From Mesotaenium endlicherianum (taxonomy: Eukaryota): DNA of 20,000 bases. The stretch covers positions 44,077 to 64,076 of the forward strand of contig WELA01002782.1 in NCBI GenBank assembly GCA_009602735.1, given 5' to 3'. The position numbers and the translations under genes are program-made. This document shows, one piece after another, positions 1 through 9,208 of this stretch (positions are counted from its first letter, which is position 1; each line of letters begins with the position of its first letter). The notes beneath the pieces are model-generated. The model did not search any database. It was not told the origin of the DNA and saw nothing but the letters and a program-made list of their open reading frames with translations.

Positions 1-62
1 TGAGGTGAGGTGAGGTGGCTGGGAGAGCTGGGCTGAGCTGAGCTGCGCTGCGCTGACCTGGG
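1..62. repeat. Pentanucleotide-type simple repeats (TGAGG)n, (GCTGA/GCTGG/GCTGC)n in DENR intron
   Basis: Directly visible: tgaggtgaggtgagg, gctgggctgagctgagctgcgctgcgctgac. Confidence 0.8.
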
Positions 63-107
63 CTGGTCGAGTGGGGAGGGTGGGTGGGTGTGGGTGGGAG
101 GGTGCAG

Positions 108-220
108 GATGCGACGGGCAAGGAGCAGATCGACGTGCAGGGCGACATCCTCTTCGACTTTGCCGACTTCATCCGCCAGTCCTACCCCGAGGTGCGTGTG
201 CCCCCTTCCTCTCATCTGGT

Positions 221-260
<40 letters not shown>

Positions 261-886
261 ACACACACACACATACACACACACACACACACACACAGGC
301 ACGCAGAGGGAGTGAGGGAGAGGAGGGAGGGGGGAGAGGGCGCGCAGCCCATGCGTCGCGCCGTGATCACGGGTGGTGACGTACTTCCGCATGGGGTGGC
401 GACGGGGCTGACTGACTCTCGGCTCAGGCGGCGTCCCATGAGCGTGAGCCAGCTGCTTGCGCCTCAGCATCTTCCTCATGTGATGACGCTCTCTGCGGCG
501 CCCATGTCCTGTGGGGAGCATACCTGCGCTGGCTCAGCCCCTTCGCTTCAAGATGCAGCCGAGCAGACCTTTGACCACGTGGCACTTCCTGGAGGTGCCA
601 CCTGGCTCCGGTGAGGGTGGCCTTTCAAGACAGCCTATGACTCGATGGTGAAGCAAGGAGTAGTGCTGTGATTGTAGCATTTGTGGTTCTATGCCTGCGC
701 GCGTGCACCTTGTGGCGGGGGCTGGCCACCCGGGGCTTGTCCCACTCATCTCTCATCTGGGCGGATGCCGTCAATCGCTGACAGCGACGAGCGAGGGTGT
801 GACGCGTGGCGGCGGCGCGTTGCTTGCAGATACCGAGCGCGGCAATCTTCATGATCGAGGAAGGCAGGAAGGTGCCGGCCTTTTGA
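108..886 (+). CDS. DENR: DENR/TMA22-like SUI1-domain translation re-initiation factor, last two exons (5' part lies upstream of the window)
   Basis: Exon 108-191 (gtgcag|...GAG|gtgcgt) encodes DATGKEQIDVQGDILFDFADFIRQSYPE. Exon 830-886 (ttgcag|ATA...TTT TGA) encodes IPSAAIFMIEEGRKVPAF*. The joined peptide matches the plant DENR C-terminus pattern (KEQIDVQGDI.yD...FI...WP.VPE..IFFIEDGKKV). Both junctions are phase 0 and GT-AG. Confidence 0.92.
221..297. repeat. (CA)n microsatellite in the last DENR intron
   Basis: Near-perfect CA run with a few CG/TA interruptions. Confidence 0.98.
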
Positions 887-1943
887 GGGGGGGCACCCCT
901 TTCTGCCAAGAGGAGTGCGCTGGCCCTCCATACACAGGCGCTGCTGCACGCCTCGCCAGCTGTCCACTTGGTGAACGTCCACAGTGTGCAAGCGTGCAAA
1001 GACACTAGCGACAGCAACCCAAAGCATGCATGTGATCTGGCCTCTGCCAGTGTGCACTGTATGGATGCCCTTAACATCTCCCGTGCCTTCTGGTCATCTG
1101 GAACCGCCGCCCTTGATGCCAGAGCGCCGCATTTCCAATCGTCAGATCCTAGGTGGCATCGCAGTCTGAGATGCGTTTCTCGAAGGAAAGTCTATCCCGC
1201 CATGTGAGGCGAAACTTTGTAGCCAATTTAGTGTGCACGGAAGCATGATCAAGTGCATCAACAGTATTGAGTTTTCTTCAAGAGAAATATCGGTGCTATA
1301 AGATGAGAGGAGATGTCAGCTCCAGCGTAGCTAGAGGAGAGGAAGTCGGTGCATCGCTCCTGCGTTAGTGGAGGAGCAGCTGGGAGGGGTAGAATCCACA
1401 GCCATGCAGCTGATTTGTAAAAGTAGTTTCACCAGGTGTCCTGTGAAAGACAAGGCCCCTGGAGGTAGGCCCATCACTTCAGATACATGAAGTGCATTCA
1501 AAGTGTTTTCGGATTCTGTCAAGCGGTGCGCACATGTATTGAGCTGAAACTTTTTGCCATTTTTATAGCAGTTCAGATATCCTTGATCTTGAGGAAAGCG
1601 CTCCTAGCTACGCAGCATGTGAAAGGTCCGAATTGGCGCTTTGGTTGGCTGCTTCGCGCCTGACTGGAAACCTGTGGACGGGCTGAGATTTTTCCCACTG
1701 TTACTCAAATATGCAAGGAGCCAGTAATTGTTTTTTTGTTGCTCATTTATATAACTTGTCGACTAGTGAGAGGTACAGCTTATTGTCCACCATCCAACGA
1801 CAAGGAGCTAATTAAGAAAGGAAAAAAGGGAGAGAGGAATCTTAGAGTTGTCCCAGTCCACCTGCATTTGACTACTAAAGTAAAGAGTTGTCTGGCCTGG
1901 CGGTTTGAAATGACTTTTTTCGAGTAGAATTTTGGTCACACTC

Positions 1944-2107
1944 GAGTTCACCAGTGTAGGATTATAATTTAATTGCGCTGAGTGAAGCGGCATAACTAGC
2001 ACCAACTAGCACCCAGTCGACCAGTTCGCACCGACTGGCACCGGCAGAGATGCTCGCCGAGTGGCACATGTACTGAAAAATTAACCAATACTACACTTGG
2101 TGCTCTC
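1944..2107. mobile_element. Putative degenerate MITE-like / inverted-repeat element (~165 bp)
   Basis: Left end gagttcaccagtgtaggatt (1944-1963) resembles the reverse complement of the right end 2087-2107 (gagagcaccaagtgtagtatt). The interior has repeated GCACC motifs (ctagcacc x2). No clear target-site duplication identified. Confidence 0.45.
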
Positions 2108-2350
2108 AGACCGGCTATTCAGCGCCTTGCAAGATCACAAGCCAGGAGGTAAAAGAAGATGCCAGCTAACTTTGGAAGAACGAGTGCGTCAGTCTGATGG
2201 TAAGATTCTTCATAAGTAGAATATTTTTTCTAAAAGAATTGCTGCATAGAACGAGGCTCGTTTGCTGCACTCTTGAGAACATTGGTACACTCCTTGGCCT
2301 GAGATTCACGGAACTTATTTTTGTATGCAACGAAGGAGAAATTCGTAAGC

Positions 2351-4364
2351 ATGCCTGCTCAAGTGATCATTTTCGATGTTATTGAGACTTTATTGGATAT
2401 TAGTGCGCTAGACCCTTATTTTGAGAAGGCTTTTGGTCGAACAGGACTTCATGGCTCAGACATTCGTAAGCAATGGTTTGGGAGGATGCTTGAGGTTGCC
2501 TTTGTCTCCTCGATCATTGGCAACTATTCGTCTTATTCAAAGTGCCAATCAGCTGCCCTTGATCTTCTAGCGTCGGAGCACAACACAACCCTCACAGATG
2601 GTGACAGGTCTGTCATATAGCGGATGCTTACTAAGCAGCTCTTTGGCCCGCGTGCTGAGTCCAGGATTAATCCCATTGTATTTTAAGCACTCCGTTTCAC
2701 GTACCAGGCTATCGATGTATGTGAATCTCGTTAGTTCGTCAAATACATGAGAACGGGGCTATGTAGTTATGTACGCGTGAGGTATGCATAGAACACATTT
2801 TGGCACATGAAGCTAGTAATTAACGAGGCAGCATGTTAACCTTCTGTGATTGCGGCTCCTTGCGGGGCAGAACCAGCCTCAGAGAATGCATCTCATCCTT
2901 ACCTCCTCACGCGGATGCAGAACCAGCTTTGCTGCAATTGAAGGTATGTTGCAAACTGTTTTTTATGACGTGTATTAGACTGGCATTTCACTCATAGACT
3001 GGGGACATACAGGTGTATATTGTCACTTGCATGTGATGGACTGCAACTCAAGCACACGTCAATAATTACAGGATGCCACGCAGCCTAAGATGCACTTGCC
3101 ACTAAAAACATGCGTCCTGTTTGATACCCATCGTCTTCATGTATTTGAAATGCAGGGGGTTGGACTGCGACTGGTGGCATTGACTAATGGGTCAGAGGAT
3201 GTTGCCAAGAAGCAGTTGAAGCATGCCGGTAGGTACTTCTCTCGGCACCTGTCATCTGATGTGGCACTGTTGGCCCTTCAGCTTCTTGTACCTGCCCTTA
3301 CAGGCAAGGGTACTTGCCAAACTAGGTCTGAAATCTGGCAATTGCTCTAAGTTTGTTGCCTATCGTCAGCAATTCCGAGCACTGCCCAAATTTGGCTAGT
3401 AGTAATCTGCTGGATGCTACGCATGTATCCATCTTCATGTTGGTGTGCAGGGCTAGATCACCTGTTCGAGGCAATCCTGTCCTCTGATTCTGTGCAGCAA
3501 CCAAAGCCCTCTCCACGGCCTTATCAGGTCTGCTGCCTTATCTGCTCCGCATCAGCGCGTGGGCCTTGAAGGTTTCTTAGAGTATCTATGGATGGGCACT
3601 GGCAGAGAATCAGTCATTGTCAGCAATCAGTCACGTTCCTTCAGGTTGATGTGAATTGTACGCCTTTCTTTCAGTCTGTACTCCTTTCCCTCAATCAGCC
3701 AAGCCAAAGACGTGAGGCTGAAGCTTCAGCTTTGACCTCATCAAAACCTCCACCTTCATCGACGCTTGTTGTTAATGAGGCCGGTTTGAGACCTTATGCT
3801 TGCCTGTTGGCGCCCTTCCTGGTTCTTCAATCGCTTGCGCTGCCCATCAGCATCCACCTGCAGAAGATGCCCACTTAGATGTAGAAGCAAGTGCTGACGG
3901 TTGAAGTTCGTGGTGAAGTATGTTAGCTATTGTAGCGATTAAGGTATGTGGAAGCAGACGCCGGGCAGTTTTAGGCTCTTAGTGAGATCCTTCCACGTGG
4001 CAATTATGAGACGTTTCCCACCTCGTCATCTGGTGTACCTTTGGGGGTGCACTCTGAACAGGTAGAATGGGCATTGAAGGAAACAGTAGCTGCCTGCCGG
4101 TGAAATGATTGATTAAAGCAGCAGTTTTCTCTTACGAAATGCGTGCAGATGGCAGCGGAGAAGCTGGGCGTAAAGATGGGTGATATACTCCTGGTAGCCG
4201 CACATGCTTGGGACACAGCAGGTGCCCAGCAGGCTGGCTGCTTGACTGCCTTTGTCGCCAGGGAGGGCAGGGCTCCTTACTCTACTGTTGAGCCTCCTTT
4301 TATCAAAGGTTCAGATCTGACACAAGTGGCACAAAGAATATTGGAAAGAAAAGGGAGCTGTTGA
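2351..4364 (+). CDS. Haloacid dehalogenase type II (L-2-haloacid dehalogenase-like, HAD superfamily), 5 exons, 231 aa
   Basis: Exons 2351-2607, 2871-2943, 3156-3228, 3451-3527, 4149-4364; all introns GT-AG with compatible phases (2,0,1,0); 696 nt total. All four HAD motifs are in order: I FDVIETLLD (Asp9), II LVALTNG, III KPSPRPY, IV LVAAHAWDTAGA. Also present: LPPHADAEPAL and AGCLTAFVAR. Confidence 0.93.
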
Positions 4365-6230
4365 GATTGAAAACAGGAAACTTACTGCTAGGGGCAGTCA
4401 TTCACGTGTATAGCAGTAAAATATACTTGTCTCTTATGTTTTTTTTCCAAGAAGACCGTGTGGATTGTAAAAGGACCAGCATTGACAGGCATATGCTACG
4501 CCAATAGTGCAGGGCACAATATTTGCATCAGTATAATGATTCGGGTGCACATCTAAGTCTACTTCAATCAGGTTAATGAAAATGGTCGCTTGTGGGCAGT
4601 TACTCAGCTTGGTCTGGAATGTCAAGCCCTTCAATTGAGTCCATATCATGACAAAAATCTTCTACTTGTCCGCACACAGCTGCTTTGTCTTTGGAATAAA
4701 GTAGGGCCTCCAAGCAAGCTATTGAAGTGTAAATTGCACGTGTTCAAATAAGACAGTAGTTCTGGGCTTACTTGTGTACTTCTTTACTTCTCCTTGCAGA
4801 TAATCTTATCATATTATGGGCAGCAGGTGCCACCACAATCTTTTATTTTAGGACATATTTTGTCCCCTAACCGGTGTATGTAATGAGTCAAATATAGTAC
4901 TGAAACTTCTGCAAGTATATCTCATTTCACCAGAGAGATTCTTGCATTGGTGATATCTCAAGATGACCTCAAGGTTGCAACTGATCCATGTAAAAATCTG
5001 ATTCATAAATTGGAGATCATGCAGCTGCAGGCTGTCTATCTTAAAATAACCAAGGGAAGAACTCACTCTAAGAAGCACATTAGGCTCTATGTTACTTCTG
5101 CACGCAAAAGCAAAATAGGGCATCAACCAAAAGTTGAGTACCAAGGGTAGAGTAGTATATTATTACTGCCATAATCCTGACAACTTCGGGTACACCTTGG
5201 TGGGCTGCTGCCACCTCTTCCTTTTATGAAGAATTTGATTGTCGACAATAGATCAACAAATTCCTATCTAAGCAAGACATGTACAAACCCAGTACAAAGA
5301 TTCAGAGGGAGACTTCAAACTCGATGTCGTCCCATGGTATACCAATCAGGCCTTAGGCCTCAATCTGCTAGCTTAGCCTGACCTCAGTATACCGGCAATT
5401 CGCTAATCATTTCCTACAGTTCAATCCCCACCCTCGCTGTATTTACAATCTTAACCTACTTAAGCTGCCCTTACCGCACGCAGTCCATTAATGTAAAGGC
5501 CTCAGCATGGTCAAAGCTAGTGCTCCAGCTCGTCTACATTGAGTTTGGGCAGGTGACGCTGAGTTGTCATGCTTATGTAGCTTCATACCTCTCCTAATCA
5601 TATTGTTGACATGAAGTTTGCAACTTCGTGCCATACGCCCTGAGAATTCAGGGAGCTTATGGCAACATAACTCATGCAGGTTCGTCAACGAATTCTTTTG
5701 TGCAGGCACAACTTGTGCAACCCCAGGTATCGACGGGCAAGTACCTGCAGTCCAGGAGGTCATGAACAGGAGGCATATGAGACCGAAGTATTGACAGAGA
5801 GCTGAAACTGCAGTCAATTTCAAGAAGCACAACACCCGGAAAAATCCCCAATATTCCCTGGCACTTCAATTGCCAGCCGACCTCTGCTTAGTGAGGAAAG
5901 CGGCTCCTATCTCCGACAACACACATACATAGTTGAAAAGGCACACTAACAGCAATTCAAGCTTTTGTGATCCAAGCTAAACCTTCGCAAACAACAGCGC
6001 TTGAGAGTTTGGTTGAATCCCATGGCAGCAAACTATGACCTCGGCCTAACAAAAGTTCGGAGGTGCTATTCAGTACAAGGGTGATCTCTGCAGGAGGTCT
6101 GAAGGACACCCATTTTGCCACATAGCCACAGGTCCGTTTTGGTCTCACAATCATGTTTGCCTTTCGTTACCCAGAAGTCTTACATATGCTCGGACTTGGT
6201 CACAAAAGCCAAACACTCCAATATCACCTG

Positions 6231-8127
6231 CTACATGCTACTGCACGGGTAGTGAAGAAACGTACCTCGTGAGGCGATCTTGGGTGAAGCAGTTGAAACC
6301 CAGCTCATGCTGCCTGCTGTTGCAACAGCTGCAGGAAGTGCATGATGCAGCAACGACTTTGACACGCCTGCCTTCGCCACCCGGGCATATCTTGGATTTC
6401 CAAGTAGGCGGGCTTGCCTACCAACTGTCATGAATGCACGACCCAGGGTTCTCCCTACCAGAGGAACGTTGTTGACGGCCCTGGCAACTAGTCCCATAGA
6501 TCTTGTGAGGACATCGGAACAAGCAGTGTGCCTCGCCCCTAGCCTCAAGGAGGCTGCAACTACTGTCGTCAACAATGAAAATCTACCTGCCCCTGCGATG
6601 ATGGCCGTATTGTCCTTTTCCAGCGCAAGTTGCACCACACCAAGAAGGCGGTTCTGTACACTGTGAGGACTACAATTTCTTCTCCTGGCATTCTCACGCA
6701 TGAGAAAGGCGGAGGCTCGGTCAAGACCAGTGGTCTGCTTGATGACCATGTCTACGTAGTGCCTGCAAAGAAACGGCACAAAACAGATCTGAGGAGGTCC
6801 ACCTGGAAATAACAAAATTCCAGTCATCTGAATGGTTGCAATTTTTACGGAAATTACAGCTTGGACAGCAGCACCTTTCATGACCACAGTGCATTGTGAC
6901 TAGTATTTGTATCATGGCCTGTCATATTATTCATGTGTCATGCCAGGTACCATAGGAGCATCCACACGTATCTGCAAGAGATCAGACTCAGTCAGATTGC
7001 ACTTGGAGTGAACATGACAGTATTGACAGTTGATAATCCAAACGGATCAGATTGAGTACCTGCAGTCGTTTTCGTTGAGCTCGTAGAACAGATTTTGCCC
7101 AGCATTTAGTTGTCGCACAGTGTGCAGGTTGGCAGACGAAGGGCCTATGTAAATAGCTGTCTCAGGTAGCATCTCCAGCTGCACCACCAAAAGCAGGCTA
7201 TGAGCTTTTCTCCACCAACAGTAGAAACTGTCACCTAATCTGGAAGCTGTAATGCTGGAACTATCTCATGCTATATAGTATGAAGTATTCACAAGGCTAC
7301 CTGAGCTATATCACTCCAAATTTATTACTTCAGAATCACTTCCCACCTTGCAGTCCGTCCATAGCCCCTCAAGCACTATGGACCTGGTCAAATGACAACC
7401 TCATTCCAAACTCATGCAATTAGTGAGACCCTCACCTGTTCTTCCCGTATCTCACCCTTTGGCCCGGCATATATAGTAATATTTTCCCGTTGTAATTGCT
7501 GAATACATGCCATCTTCGAATTGCATCGTCTCCTTGAACGAGATGAACCCGGGAAATCCATGACTATATCACCCCCTCTAGGTCCAAAGTCGAACTGCAC
7601 TAGTTGTCCTGACGACGATTTAAAAATCGTCATGAAGTGGCAGACGCCCAGATCCCGCAAACTGGTCTGCTCAGTAACAGAATCAACTCACAACTTCATC
7701 AATTCTGGTTGCACATGCATAAACAACCACAACCTTCACCTCTGCAGGTTCAATCTACTTGATTCCCAAATATTACAAAAGGAGTACATGTACTGTAGCA
7801 ATAAAACTGTCACAGAATGGACATCCACTTTGCAGCAACGGTAGCGAGGGTAGAGCCAGAAGAGGATTGCAGACTGTTAAAATCACACAACTCCGCTCCC
7901 AAATCAGCTGAACTACCCATTCTATAAACGTACTAGGCGTGATGCACGTGAACTGCAGGCACGTAACCCACCTTGACATGAGGAGGTAAACGAGAATAAA
8001 AGTCACCAGGAACTTCTCGTAAAGGTCTGTAACATACATATACATCCCAGCTTTCTGATCCACATGCTGTCCTACTAGAACTATCTCCTGGTCTTGTTTC
8101 TGACCCACAACTTTCTTGTAAGGCCAT
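6231..8127 (-). CDS. Uncharacterised green-lineage protein with HFM...FDFGP...NDCRHY motifs (probable permuted papain-like / PPPDE-LRAT-type fold), 4 exons, ~345 aa
   Basis: Minus-strand exons: 8127-7972 (MALQES...WDVYVCYRPLREVPGDFYSRLPPHVK|gtgggt); 7666-7436 (cag|TSLRDLGVCHFMTIFKSSSGQLVQFDFGPRGGDI...EIREEQ|gtgagg); 7178-7060 (cag|LEMLPETAIYIG...FYELNENDC-AG|gtactc); 6762-6231 (cag|G HYVDMVIKQTTG...TAG). Phases 0,0,2 join in frame. Motif order resembles, from memory, a small uncharacterised plant family (VYV..PL...HFM...FDF.P...DCR.Y...TG). The start codon and 3' end are less certain (alternative donor GTACGT at 6265). Confidence 0.8.
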
Positions 8128-9079
8128 CTCTGTAACTCTTCTTAGTCAGCGACCTGCTGGCTACCGTATGTTACAGTGCTTCGCGTTCTCTAAAAGAGTT
8201 GAGAATCTATGATCAGAGCGTCCATAAATCACAGCGATCATTCCAGCATGAACTTGCCTGCCCAGTCTTCCCAAAAGGCAATACTTAACGTATACGCTGT
8301 GTATGGCTATCGCTTGGAAACTTGACTGGACCTTCAACGCATAGTCACAGACTTATATTGTAGAATGGCTGTTCAAAATGTTGAACAACTCTAGATATTT
8401 ACGAGCAGGACCGTCAGCGAGAGCGCAATCATTGACAATGAACTAAGAGCTTTACGGCTAATCCAAATTGATCGCTTCTTTGAATGTTCTTGCGACATCT
8501 GCGGAGGCAACGTTTAGAGCATCTGGAATAAGGGCAGCATATGTGTGTAGATGTTAAGCAGGGTGGCATATTTGCAGCGATGTGCTGCAGTCGCGACAGT
8601 TGATCCCATGGCACTTCACATACCGTCAATGTACAGGCGTCTAAAGTTCTCTTGACGAGGAATCTTGGAGCACTTTATGAATGCTGTTGAAAGAAGATGC
8701 CCAGAACTTGAAGATGCTCCCAACTAGCTCTCAAATTGCTTCAAATGACTGCCACCTTTTTCGGAGCTTTGACGCTTCTCCGCACAACCCTCGCCTTGTT
8801 CTTTCCGAAATGCTCATGAAGCATGCCTCGAAAAAGTCAGCCAGGCGTAATTCCGGGAAAATATGTTTGTCTTTTTGATGATATGAGTAGATGAAGTGTC
8901 AAACTTTCAGTTAATACATAGATTCAGTACCCCCTTAGATATTTTTCTGCCCGACATGTTTATCAGTCTTGTCGGTTAAAATCACGCTGCCAGAATTAGC
9001 CCCGCTTGGCTGACATCACATCATTGTCCAACAGTCTTGACTGGTCTCGTTTCTCGAACCGGTCGTTGACAAACGCCCA

Positions 9080-9166
9080 TGCGAAGTAGGTCAATAAAGT
9101 GCTAGCATATGCTATCTGGTGCTAGCTGTGCCCCAGTCGCTCAGCCTTGCTCGATCTCAACACAGG
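9080..9166 (-). repeat. Diverged partial copy of the 1944-2107 element, inverted orientation
   Basis: tgcgaagtaggtcaataaagtgctag...tgctatctggtgctagctgtgccccagtcgctcagc...atctcaacacagg aligns by eye to the reverse complement of ~1951-2030 (tgcgaactggtcgactgggtgctagttggtgctagttatgccgcttcactcagc...atcctacactgg). Confidence 0.45.
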
Positions 9167-9181
9167 CAGGCCAAGTCCGGC

Positions 9182-9208
9182 GGCCCAGCCAGGCCCAGAA
9201 GTGGCCCA
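9182..9208. promoter_or_regulatory. Cluster of three GGCCCA (site II / TCP-type) motifs at ~10-11 bp spacing
   Basis: GGCCCA at 9182, 9192 and 9203, about 1 kb upstream of the minus-strand gene starting at 8127. GGCCCA/TGGGCC is the established plant site II motif; function here is inferred. Confidence 0.35.

Noticed and set aside
71..614. His/Thr- or Cys/Val-rich ORFs
   Set aside because: Artefacts of the stop-free CA microsatellite; only 108-191 is a real exon.
2321..2350. Non-ATG N-terminal extension of the dehalogenase ORF
   Set aside because: In a eukaryotic context the ATG at 2351 places motif I at the usual N-terminal position.
4434..6154. Short ORFs between the two convergent genes
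   Set aside because: No motifs or consistent splice chain; likely 3'UTR/intergenic, although an extra terminal exon of the minus-strand gene cannot be excluded.
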